Assembly (NCBI GenBank): GCA_964187785.1
Contig: OZ076413.1
Location: forward strand, 49,230,001 to 49,294,000
From: Amphiscolops sp. MND2022
Taxonomy: Eukaryota
Reading direction: 5' to 3'
Length of the DNA: 64,000 nucleotides
Part shown: one piece after another, positions 18,309 to 30,300 of the stretch
How the letters are laid out: the number at the start of each line of letters is the position of its first letter
How positions within the stretch are numbered: the stretch's first letter is position 1
Notes under the pieces: generated by a model
Databases searched by the model: none
The model's input: the letters and a program-made list of their open reading frames with translations, nothing else
What the model was told of the DNA's origin: nothing
Position numbers and translations under genes: made by a program

Positions 18309-21300
18309 TGACGTACTTTGACGAGGTAGCCAAAGAGAAGGGTTTGGGCGGAATTACAGTTGTAGATGGAGAGGGCTGTGCCCTAAAAATGGATGCCAGA
18401 CGAGTGGGAAAGGTTCAGTTCCCAGTGTACGAGAAGCCTGGACACAAGGACGACATGGTAAGATTGGCTGTTTAATTCAAAAATATGATAGAGGAACAAC
18501 TTGTGAATACTTTTAGAATTCGATTGAGTTTTCGCTGAAAGCGTTCCGTATGTTCCGCGGGTAGCTTCTAAAGAAATATATCGTTTTGTTTAATTGATTC
18601 CTTTTGCTAACGAAGGTTAGGATTCCAAAATATCGAGATTTCTCTCAATTTCCGTTGAGTGTGTATGCACTCATTATGCAAAATTTCAGCACCAGTTGAG
18701 TTGTAAATCCGTATAAAGATCAATTATGCCATGATTCATCTAGTGTATTCTTTCTACTCGACAGGCTCCAGACGCGATCGGACGAGTGCCAGTGAAAGCG
18801 ACGCAGGTGGAGTTCCGGAGACAGATCCCGACTTTCGAACTGTCAGTGGGCAAGCAGTACGATCTCATGGGTTACTCCCAGTACAGCATCTACGAACATA
18901 GGAGTGGTTACGTAAGACCAGGACTTGCCAGACCCCTTAGAACTGATGCACATGTGAGTACATCGGTGTCTTCGAATCCGTTTCAGAATGCGAGGTTCAC
19001 GAAAACCACTAAGTTCTATAAAAAGGAGATATCGAGATGAATTCCGAAATCATCAATCACTATCGTTTGAAACCTTGATGTTTGCTTTCGTGTTAACTTC
19101 TGAGAGATCAAGTATTCAAAATTTATCATTTCGTTTCTGAATTCACGTTTGCTGCCTGGAACACGCTCTTTTTTGTTTGAGAAGTTCCCTGTTTTTATTC
19201 AACTTGAGAATTGGCTTGTTTAGAACAAATTTCTTCTCTTAATATACGTTGATCTTTTACTCTTTATTTTCAGGATGAAATAGTGAAAGTGCCTCTCCCT
19301 CTGGAAGTTTTACAATCAGGGGGTGCCGACAACTTTGACTTGGTGCCCGAAACCAGGGCGGGGGGCAGAGGGGGACTCAACGAGTCGTTGTTCACTGGGG
19401 GTGGAGAAACTACGACAACAACAGCCGGCATGCATGAACATGAAGATGAGATCAGACCAGTGAACACGAGTGTAGTCGAGTGCAGGAGTCTCACGACCCT
19501 GTTACCTCCGCCTTACCTGACAAGACCAGTCGAGTACCACCCACTACATATCTTTGTTAGTCATGGTTTGTTATTGAAGCCGAATCCTTGATAAGGTTGC
19601 GCCTTTCTTTATTTTGTGCTCTTGTACTCACTATCTGTCATCGCTCTATCCTTTTTTCCTATGGGATCTTTTTAAATTCTGTGTTGTTGTTTGCAGAACC
19701 CAATGCCAGGAATGATGACCTTTGACCGACCCATAGCCTACTCGGAGGTTGACCCCGACTTCCACCTGTGTCCTGTGCCGAGGTACACGCTGCCCTGTTC
19801 TAAGGACGGACCCGACTGCGTGAGTGTGCAGGTGATGAACCCTCACATGAGCACTCAGAAGAGGTACGTGGACGAGGAAGACGTCATCAGAGGGGTCATG
19901 ACCTGGAAGAAGTACCCCTCACACAGTCTGCTGTCTCTGGCATCCACAACCACCCTCGCCAACATTTATGCACCCAGACTGTTAGTCGTAGAATGAGCTA
20001 CTATGGAATGGAGGAAGAATTAAAAGAACTGTGTTGAGTGAAAACTTGCTTCGTTGATTGTTTTCTCCAAATTGATTATATTCGTAACTTTCTTGTTTTT
20101 TGTTACCTCTTTCTAGGTTGATTTTCTAGGTTTGTTTCGTTTTTTTTTAAATCTTTTGCATTGATTTTTTTTCAAAGAGGAATGAATGAGCAGTTTTCGT
20201 GGCTTTTAAGGTGTCGTTTAAATCTCAATTATAATTCGATTATATGAGTCGATTATATAATTATATAGTTTTGAAGTTCAATTGTTTCAACAGGATTTCG
20301 CAGCAAATGATCCTTTTGTTTTAGTTTTTATTTTCATAAGAAAATGGAAAATTCAGTGCGCGCGTGTTCCTAACAAAATCTTCCGGAATTTAGATAAGTT
20401 CAAAATCGAACAGGCTTTGTTCCTTTGGTAAAGTTGTTGGTAACCGTGCTTCCGAAAAATTGATCATCGAGAGGAAATTATGAAGAAACGTGAGAAATTC
20501 ACCTTTTCCCCCTTTTCTCATAAACTGATATTGCGACCACGTATATGTTTTGAGCGTCGACTGTATTAACTTGTGGTATTAAATTTTTGATCCTCGGCCG
20601 GAGCGTAAACTTATGCAGTTCCCGTCTTGTTCTCATTCAACTCGATTAAGGGATTGTTCAAAATGAGATGCTTACAGTAAAACGTATTGAATTTGCACTT
20701 CTTTGAAAAATCAAGATTGTTCCAGAAAAACTGCCTGAACTTGAGAGGTTTCACTCTTGCAAAGTTATTCCAAAATTATCAAATGCGTAAAGGTACTTGT
20801 TTTTTTTTACTATCTACAAGTTAAATTTATTATTTTACAGAAGCGACCCGTTCACGTCGGACATCATTCCCACAGAGGGCCCTCCCCTTCTATCCGCACT
20901 CCCACAGGAGGACTCTCTTCTAGTCTCTGACGTCATGTAAGTTCCGTTCAGATCATCATCATGCCTCAAAAGTGCATGCGAAAAAATCATTGTTTCTATA
21001 AACAACCTATTTTATTGTACCAATTTTCGGAGGCAAGACAAGTTTTGATGTTTGAAGGATTAGTTCTCAAAAATGAATTCGATGATTTTTTTGCTGGTAT
21101 TGGGTTAGCCTACGTTGGTTGAATTGAGTTCAATTGGATTTTTTTACTAGTTGCCATGAAATGAAATGCTCACTTTATTTGTGTCTTTTCAGAGACAGTT
21201 CAGCTCAGATCACCCCAGAAGTTGTGGCCAGTCCGTTTGCCCTCGCTTCTTCTTTCACGGACAAGTAAGTATCGGTTTTTATTCGGTGCTTTTCTAGTGA

Positions 21301-23595
21301 AAAGAGCCCGACTATTACAGTGGCTAGTTTTTTCGTCAGACCACAGACCTCATCGTGTATGTACCGCTTTTTAGTACAGACTTTAATCGGTTTACGGGGA
21401 ACCCAGCAGTCACGGGTTCGAGTCCTTGCTTTAGCCAGAAACTTTTTCGAACATTTGCGAAAGCGGACGAGATTGAAGGGTCCCCTCTTTCAATTTTTTT
21501 TTGGCACTGTGCGACTTTTTTTCGATTTTTTTGCCTTCAAAGGGTCCTCCTTTACTTTTTTGATATTTTGCAAGAACTGGATTTTCAATAAGCCCAAAGG
21601 GTCCCCCCTTTTACAATTTTAAACACTTTGCGCTTTTTGATCCTTAGATATAGCGCCGACTTTAGACGTTCCCGTCTTGTTTGTTATTATCATTGTTATA
21701 TTTTCCTCCCACATAAATGGGGCAGGAAAATCATGATCCGTGACGCGTTTTGTTTTACTAATTACGCCAAAACTCCACTTTATCTCCACTCCATTTATGC
21801 ACTTTGTTCAATTATGGTGAATTTGAATTTTTGAATTATGGTGAATCTTTGAATTTTTTGTTTCGCAGCCAATTGGTCGTGGGTTTGAACCTCTCCTTCG
21901 CCATACTTTTTTGCAATAGGCGTGTCGCGGAAAATATCCTGGTGCTTAGCGGGCGTCTTGTTCTGAACCGTTTGTTTAACATCTGAATTTTTGGATACGT
22001 TGCCCTAAGCTAGTGAATAGGTTACCGACGTCTGTTGATTTCTTTTAAACGATTGGTCTCAAGGCAAGGTTGCTTCGATTTTTCTGGAACTATTTTCGGA
22101 AGACTTATGACCCAGATGTTACTCATACTTGGCGGTTTCACGTTCATCTCGTTTGATTGATTGTACAGTGGTAAATCGAACCAGCTCTTGTCCTGTTGAT
22201 AGATAGTATCACGTGTCGTGTGCTATCTCTACGAGCAGAATTTCAAACTGTAGTATCACGTGTCGTTTACTACTGAACTCCGTTCCCTTCAGATTTCATC
22301 AACAACCTTAGTTTCGACTTTCCGTCACCATTCCGGGATTCTATGTTAACGATGCTGATGATCGGGATTCTTACGCCATTCTATGGCGATTTTGAGTTAG
22401 GGAGTGATCCCTTCAGGTCAACTGATATTGAATTATGATGATGAGTTATGTGCGGTTTTGTCTCATTTAATGTTTTATGGCATATATTTTACATCATCAG
22501 TTGCCTGTAAATCCATGATAATAATAAGACGCCCGCTATACACCGGGATATTTTCCGCCTTCAATTGGCTACCTATAGACGCTTAATGAAAAATTTATCT
22601 CCTCCTTGGTAAAACGCAATTACTTCGGATTTAACGTCAACATTCGGATATAGCGCAATAATTTTGAAACTCCGCGTCTTCCTTAGTAAAACGCAATTTA
22701 CTTCGGATATAACGCCAAAAGTTCGTATATAGCGCTTTACTCGGGATATTACGTCTAATTTTCGGATAGTATTTGAATAGAAGCAATCCCATGGACTCAA
22801 ATAGGACATCCTGTGTGGCTGTTACAGGATACGTGTGAGTAAGTAACTACATGTTGGTAAGTAAATGGAGCAAGTATAAAATGGAGATTCGGCAGATTTT
22901 GGAAAAAAAGCAACACAGATCATGATTTTCCTCCCCCATTTATGTTTGCGGAAAATAATATTAATAATAATGATTCCATTCGACAATTGATTCTGGACTG
23001 TCCTTCATACTAAACATTGAATGCCAAGAGGATGTTTACCGTTGATGGTTTTGGAGTTGATTCGATATTCAGATCCTACTACTTCAATGGCTGTCCACCA
23101 TTAAAAAAGTGATAATTTTAGGTTGATAGCTTTTAGAAGATCATCGCTTAACTTACCCTGTCTTTGCAAAGGATATCTCTCAAAACATGCCAAGCCTTCA
23201 AAGACATGAAACAATTGAAAAAAACTATGAAAAGTCATGTTACGCATGTCACGTGTTCGTTCTATCGCACAGTGACTTTTCTGAGAAAATTTTGAAAAAT
23301 TTGTGGAAATGATGCTTGAATAAATTCCAAATTTTCTTTTTTTTGGATCTCTAATTATTGATTACTTTTACAATCGTGTTTCTCCAGAGATGGGTCAATA
23401 CTGTCTGGGTCAAAGATGCCGTCCACTCACCACAACTTGACGTCTAGGGGTCAGCCGTCCCGGTTCCTGCGCGAATACGAGCTGGAGAAACTCATGGAGC
23501 AGAGTGGGGGTGGGGTGAGACTGGGCACCAAGATAGACGAGAAGATGGACAAATACAAAACTCTCTGCTCCAATCATAACTTGATTTTAAAATGA
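18309..23595 (+). CDS. CFAP221: Cilia- and flagella-associated protein 221 (PCDP1), 3' seven exons
   Basis: Exons ~18309-18457, 18765-18953, 19274-19555, 19697-19980, 20841-20936, 21193-21264 and 23388-23595 join in frame with GT-AG boundaries. Peptides APDAIGRVPVK, FELSVGKQYDLMGY, LARPLRTDAHDE, YHPLHIFNPMPG, DFHLCPVPRY, DVIRGVMTWKKY, LPQED and the terminal LILK* match the C-terminal half of vertebrate CFAP221 as I recall it. The first acceptor is uncertain. Confidence 0.85.
21281..21681 (-). mobile_element. Non-autonomous interspersed repeat (family A)
   Basis: Its ends (CCGACTATTACAGTGGCTAG; CGCCGACTTTAG...CCCGTCTTGTT) match, in reverse complement, the ends of 27783-28495. Confidence 0.6.
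21688..22962. mobile_element. MITE-like element with long imperfect inverted ends (family B)
   Basis: 21688-21800 (CATAAATGGGGCAGGAAAATCATGATC) is inverted relative to 22860-22962 (GATCATGATTTTCCTCCCCATTTATG). It has an internal minisatellite CCTTAGTAAAACGCAATTTACTTCGGAT. Confidence 0.6.
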
Positions 23596-24079
23596 TGACA
23601 ATAATGCTCAATTGTATTATAGATTTCCGAATGTTTTAGAATATGTCTATTCATTACTGATCAGTGATCTTCGACATTTCATTTATTTTCAAAAGTTTCT
23701 TCTGTTTTTCCTGGGCTGACAAGGCATATCGATTTTGCACACCCAGAGTTTGACTGTGTTCCACACATAGCTTGAATTTGAGGCAAGACCATGCAGTAGC
23801 CTCTATTTCAGATCGCTCTATTTCTTCATAATGTTTGAAGGACTTCAGCTATTTTCATCTTTTTGTTTTCGTTTCGGTAGGTAAGGTTATAGAGACTTAT
23901 CGACGGAGAATTTACAACCACCGAATGTCTTTACTGTGGAACATTAATCCATTCTTCATTGGAACACTGGGTAAATAAACAGCTATGAAAGTTTGTGCTT
24001 CTGTTGTTTCTTGGTTAACAAATTGCATCCTTCAATTGGATCTGGGAGTCGTGAGTAGGGTTACATGACATTTCGTCCT

Positions 24080-24172
24080 ATGCAATTTCAACCTATGCAA
24101 TTTCAACCGTTGCCATTTCAACCGTTGCCATTTCAACCGTTGACAATTTCAACCTATTGCATTTTCAACCTT
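24080..24172. repeat. 15-bp tandem repeat TGCMATTTCAACC(TA/GT), about 6 copies
   Basis: Seen directly. Possibly the subterminal repeat of a non-autonomous DNA transposon. Confidence 0.8.
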
Positions 24173-25541
24173 CCGCAATTTCGGCTAATTACACACTTCC
24201 GGGTCATTCTCCATTTTAGCCACTTGTTCCAAAAAAATCAGATATCTCCATGAACACATTTGCTACGAACCTAATTTGTTTTGAATCGAAACTCTAAATT
24301 TTAGATACGGAATTGGAACATCACAAATTTGAAAAAAAAACAGCTGGGAGAATTTTTTATGGAATATTTTTTTATGGAATAAGAGCGGAAAATAGTAACG
24401 GTCTAAAAATAAACTAGCTTGTATCAATCATTTATTTCAGAAAAATTTTGCATGATGAAACACCAAATTTGAGTAAACTAAAAGTAGATCTCATCAATGT
24501 TTCATTCGATTGGTTTTGAATTTTGAAGAGCTCCTTCAGTTTTTTCAATTTGGAAATTATCGTTGCTTGATTAAGGGGAGACCATTTCAAATACCATCAT
24601 TGTACTTGTCAGTATGCCCGTTGTACGCTTCCTGTACATAAAAAATTACTTGAATGGTCTCCACTTGAACGAAGCTTGTTTTTCCTTAGTGACGAAGATT
24701 TGTAACGAAGCACTCAGTTCTGTTGAGACGAAAATGAAAATATTCAACAACCAATATGGCCAATAAAAATTATTGTTTCTCAGCAACGAAATCATTGACT
24801 ACTGTTGGAGATTCTCATTTTCCGATTCTCGTTTACATGGGGTTTGCCCACAAACTTTAGCAACAATTTCTAAAATCTAAAGATTTTAAAACACATTTTC
24901 CTCTTGAATGTTAAAAACAATTTCAAGATTTTGCATAGGCAATATACTTTTCGATTTAGATTCCCTTAGCAATCATCATTTTTTTCACTTTCATCATATT
25001 TGTTTTCCCCGTGCCAAAATTGATTATTGTAGGTAATTTTTTGCAACAGAAAGTTCATTGATAGCAGTAATTGATTAGTTAAATTGTTGCTAAGCTAATT
25101 TCCTTTGATGTGCATTAAGTTTTTCTCTGTATACTTTTATGATAATTTTCATCACTTTCAGGGATGATTCTCAAAAAATGAGGCTTTTTAGTGATAACTG
25201 GTATATGCTAAAGCGTCTCCAGTAGCCTTAACACTTTGAAGTACCCGTCTATACCGTTGGCCACATTGGTGACAGTTGAACCACGTTGAAAAAAGCTTCC
25301 AAAAATGAGACTAAATGAGTCGGTCAGAAGATAACTCAAATTAGGTACTTGAAACTGTAAGTGTGTAACCATAAAATACAGAAACGAAATCATTCAATTT
25401 CTTTCCTAGGCAAATCACAGATCGTCGAAAATCACAAGTTCAGCTGAAATAATAACTTTCATTTGAAACAACTAATAGCCAGAAACCATCGGAGAACCTT
25501 TTCCTTTCCAATATATTATATTTCAACTGATAATATCTATA

Positions 25542-26162
25542 ATGGATTCAATTTCGTCTCTCCTATACTGGTGCCCTGACTTGCTGCCTCCTAACTTCCC
25601 CGGACTTCCCAAACATGTCTACGTTGACAATGGGGACAGAGGAATGACATATATTGCGCAACTTAACACAGACTCTGGCAGTATAGACTTCCAGATGAGA
25701 CGAATCAACCCCGGAGACCGGTACCCCCAGATGAACAGACGACGCCCATTGTGGGGTGACGGGTTTGACCCAAAAGAGGGTGACACGAAGGGATCATTGG
25801 AGTTTCAGGCTGTTATGGGCAGTCAGAAGTTTCCTTTCAAGGTGACCGAAAACTTGAATTCTCACACACAGTCACATGAAAATGGAAAGCAAAACGAACC
25901 CAATGGAAAGAAGCGATCACGAGGAAAGAAAAATGGGAAGCAAAATTCATCGGCTGCTCATAAGAACCAAAACAAACATCCAAGATCCAATGGTTTCAAA
26001 AACGCAATGGTTTCAAAGCGCAATCACTTCACAGTCAACGGCGTTGTTGAAGACCACCCCAAATACCGAACTCAAGTTTGTTTCAATAACACAATGGGGG
26101 CATGCAAATTTGGCGACAAATGTTCTTTCATCCACAATGATTTGACAGTATGCCCCTTTTAA
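25542..26162 (+). CDS. Single-exon protein with one C-terminal CCCH zinc finger (TIS11/ZFP36-like finger)
   Basis: KYRTQV lead-in followed by C-x7-C-x5-C-x3-H (CFNNTMGACKFGDKCSFIH), a basic low-complexity linker, and an AATAAA at about 26334. Confidence 0.75.
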   Translation: MDSISSLLYWCPDLLPPNFPGLPKHVYVDNGDRGMTYIAQLNTDSGSIDFQMRRINPGDRYPQMNRRRPLWGDGFDPKEGDTKGSLEFQAVMGSQKFPFKVTENLNSHTQSHENGKQNEPNGKKRSRGKKNGKQNSSAAHKNQNKHPRSNGFKNAMVSKRNHFTVNGVVEDHPKYRTQVCFNNTMGACKFGDKCSFIHNDLTVCPF

Positions 26163-27058
26163 GCGCTGTATTCGGTGCTCAGTTTTTCCGATGGGAAAAT
26201 AACACAGCTGTGGGCTGCCAACTGCTCAGTTTTGGCTCAAGTTGTATCTTTCAACGACGCTGTTGCATAAGATGTGGTGAAAATCTAATAACCCCTCTCA
26301 ATTGTGGACCACTTTACTTATTAAAGTTGCCCCAATAAATTGTCCTATAGTTTTAATATGTTGAAATGATGCAGCGGTTTAGATTAAAACTACATGTACA
26401 TCAAAGGTTAGTGCATAAAACATTAGATTGAAGAGGATTTATTTCAATTTTCTCCTCAAAGGAATTATACTTTTTTCATGAATCGATGTTGCTTTTTCGA
26501 TCAATTTTTAATTCTGCTCAGAAGTGTATAATTTGGACGGTGCTCAATACTGTTTTTCTTTTTCAATTTGTACTTTGTGTTGCCAATAGGAATTTAATTT
26601 TTAATTTCCTAGCTTTTTATACTAATGACATATGGGAAATACAGCAAGATACCGAGCAGGCAAAATACTGTAATCAGATATTTTTACGATGATTTTGTCT
26701 CTATTATTCTCTGGCATTTTCAAGTACTTCCAACACCACTTACAGATATACACCACGGTCAAAGAAAAAGTTTGTTTAAAAATTACAATTCTGAAATAAC
26801 AACCATCACTTTTTTACTGTAAGGTTTGTGGGTTAGAAGATTTTTTGCTTCAAATGCTAGTTCTTCGGGTCCTGAAAGTGTCCTAATGGCAAAACTTTTA
26901 ATAGTTTAAAGTTAGATAGTTTTTGCATTTCGAAATCAAGTTCCACTACTAAATCACGCTCAGTTTGCACCAAATGACACACTTTATAGCACGCTTCACA
27001 ATTTAAGACGTTTGGTCTTTTTTCTTAAAATTGAAAATAAAAGATACTTAAGTATCTA

Positions 27059-27206
27059 TATTTCTATACCCAGTATTTCCATTAATTCCGAATACGCCGA
27101 ACATTGGCAATTTGTGTCCGCGATATCTCAAATTTGAGATATCGCGGACACAAATTGCCAATGTTCGGCGTATTCGGAATTAATGGAAATACTGGGTATA
27201 GAAATA
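27059..27206. repeat. Perfect 148-bp palindrome with no spacer
   Basis: 74-bp arms pair exactly around 27132/27133 and are bounded by TA at both ends. Confidence 0.97.
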
Positions 27207-27369
27207 GTGTCTTTAAAAGCCAATCAGCTATGTTATCTTTGTGTAACTATTTCAATTCTTGATAAGAGATGACATTATGAAACATGCCATAAAAGTTGTC
27301 CTCTTTGAGAGTTTGAATACTTAGTGCTGCTAATGCACGCGTTTGAGACGCTTTTGAAGCCCAATTGTT

Positions 27370-30300
27370 TCACTGAACTTGGACGATGAGATAATCGAGG
27401 AGGGCTGGGTCTGAATCAGCGCACACAGACAGACATTCGACCATCCCCCCACTAGAGGCCCCGTCGCAAGTGACGTCATCGCCATTACCACTGTCCATCA
27501 CACCTGCAGTAAATGCAAATTCGCGAAAAAGTGTTTTCACAAAATCGCGGAATTTGATTGGCTGGAATTAGCCCCGAATAAGCAGTTTTGCTTTCCTAAG
27601 TTGGTGTCCTTTCGGATACCATGGTACCATATTTGCAGTCAAATGCTCAAGCAATGGAGAGCTTGAAGCATGTGCTTTAGATGTCAGTCAATTCACCGAG
27701 AAGACCAGCTAATTCTTCGCTCTCTTTACTAGAGTCGCGTGAGGAGACCGTTTTCTGAAGTAGCCAGGCTAACCTCATAACCAACAAAACGGGGACAACT
27801 AAAGTCGGCGCTTTCTCTAAGGTTTTTAAAATATGCCCAAGACATTTTTACGAAAAACACAGTAAACAGTTCAGAAACACCCGAAGGGCGCAAACAAAAA
27901 AAAGTTCTTTGAAAAAGAATTTGGATTTTTTCCTCCGGAAAATGTCGCACAGTGCCAAAAACGCTAAGGAGACTTCTATGCCAAGCGTTTCGTTTCTTGT
28001 AATATTTGAGGGGGCTTCGATAAAAACAAATTGGGAAAAGTCGCATAGTGCCGAGAAACGGTCTTAAAACAAAGTTGGGATATAGCGTGTTGGTCCACTG
28101 AAAAAACCAAATTTCAAGACGAAAAATAATCATTTTGAAAAATTGCACAATGCCGAAAATTGTAAAAGGTGGATCCTTTGGGCTTTTTGAAAATTTCCCA
28201 AAATTTCCCAATCCAGATTGCTGCAAAATATCAGAAAAAATTGAAGGGGGAAAATCTCATAGTACCAAAAATTGGAAAGGGGGACGCTTTTGTTTTGCAA
28301 TGGTTAGGCATTTCATGTTCAAAATCAGGTACTAAGTACTTTTGGTGAAAGTGCACCGTGCACAAAAAGTGGACCGATCGCGTTGAACCGACGAAAAAAA
28401 CTAGCCACTGTAAGAGTCGTGCTTTTTCTTCGAAAACGCCGACTAAAAAAACTAACCTCTAATAGTCGGACACGTTTTACTAGAAAAGCGTCGTTTAAAA
28501 CGTCTAAAATATAACGTCTAAAGAATTACATCCAAAGCCAAGTCACGCTCTTTCGCAACAATAATACCTTGAATTTTAGATGCCATTCCTTGGCACATTA
28601 TTCCTTAAACGTTATCTGCGTCTCATCATGGAACGAAATGATCACCATAGTGTGATCATAGTATAAAACATGGCCGCAAGGTAAGGTTTTGGCATGATCA
28701 TGGAATGACCATGATCACAGTATGATCATACTGTAGGATTTTTGACTTTTCGCTCATGTTATGGTGTTTATTAAATTTTATTTCATAAGCAAGGAGAATA
28801 TCCGGAGGTGATATCATGTAAAAGTAAAGATTACAACAACTACTTCAAGTACCTCGCACTATTGTTTAATGTCAATACTATTGTATTCCGTCCCGCTGAC
28901 AACCAAAATAACTATTCTTAGCTGCAATGAAGCGACCGCGCAACGTATTAATGCAGTAAAACGGCCTCCACCACTCAGACCTATGTATGAAAATTCTAAT
29001 CGAAAAGAAACTTTGACATCAAATTTCTCGGAAACTATTGCTAATACAAGAAAAATTAAACCACCGAAATGTTCCTGTTTGACCTGACTACGTGTTGAGT
29101 AAACATTTAGGCACTCTACACCAACGTATTCCCACAAAAATTGAACATGAAGTCATCGTTGACTGTGAATAGAGATTTAGTCAAATTACTATGTTAATAC
29201 ATGTGTTTGAGGGTAAGCGAGAGTGAAAACTCCGCCGTGTGCGTGAACAGCATAGAATGCAGCTCAGCTAAGCGTGTCAGAAAGCGAAAGGAATGAAAAT
29301 TAGAACGCGCTGTGAGTGGCTGTACGCGTAGCTAATAAGAAAACGGCCGCCGCACACTTTGAATTAATCCCCCCTCTTAATAGAAATTAAAAATCAAAAC
29401 CCGATTTCTCGAAGATGGAAAAAGATATCAACAAACGGTTTTCAGCATTCGACAGCCCGTCTAAAGGAGAGCTTAAGTTGAGAATATGAGCCCCGTGCAA
29501 TGACGAGAACATATTGGGGGGAAGCTTTGAAAATAAGTGCCCTGGTTTCGAGATATTGGCCTCCAAAGTTGAAAGTCTAGACATAAAAATCGGGAAAATG
29601 ACTACTTTCAGAAAAACGGCTATCAAATTTTGTTGAGAAAAGATAGAGACCTCATCTAAAATGCAAAATACTTCTACTGGCTAGGGCTAACGATGTATAG
29701 AGGCCCCCAGCCTGTACCTTTCAAATTGACTGAGTACGAGCCCTCCAAAGTTGAGAGTTTTGCAAATGTCAACAAGTGTTTTTTTTACTACCAAATTCTA
29801 AGGGCGTTTTTCACCGTGAAGGAGTTGAAATAGAAAGATGAAGATGAATAACGTTTTTGTAGCCCTTTAATTGTACTTTCAAATGATGTACTTGATTTTA
29901 GCCCCCGTGATCAGAACACCTAGTTTTTGCCCTTATAAATTGTAACACAAAAATCGACTTTATTAGATCTGAATTAAAAGCGCCTTTTATGTCATTGTAA
30001 ATTATAGAGAATTATTTCCTTCAGCCAGATTTAGCTGGAGAGAGTTCTCAGGAACCGCGTGAGAAAAAGAGACCTGGCAAAAGGTGCGAATGTCAATCAG
30101 TGAGCCGAAGTTCAAGTCGTGCTTACAAAAGTGGGAAAAACTGAGTCAGTAGCACCACCCCTTAAATTCTATTGAAAACGAAGTAAAACCACCAGTCATG
30201 ATTGACAAGGAGGTGGAACCAGGACTGACTCGTGATGAGAAAATGTACTTCTGACGAATCTTCAGTACCGAAGTAAGGAAAACTGATTTGCTCAACACTT

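Noticed and set aside
21380..21432. tRNA gene (GGTTCGAGTCC; a similar B box lies at about 58461)
   Set aside because: No complete cloverleaf or A box. At most these are SINE-like or repeat-borne remnants.
30250..30290. Hammerhead ribozyme (CTGACGA...GAAA) in the outer LTR, as in retrozymes
   Set aside because: Stem II does not close next to the core, and I could not build stems I and III or a cleavage triplet.
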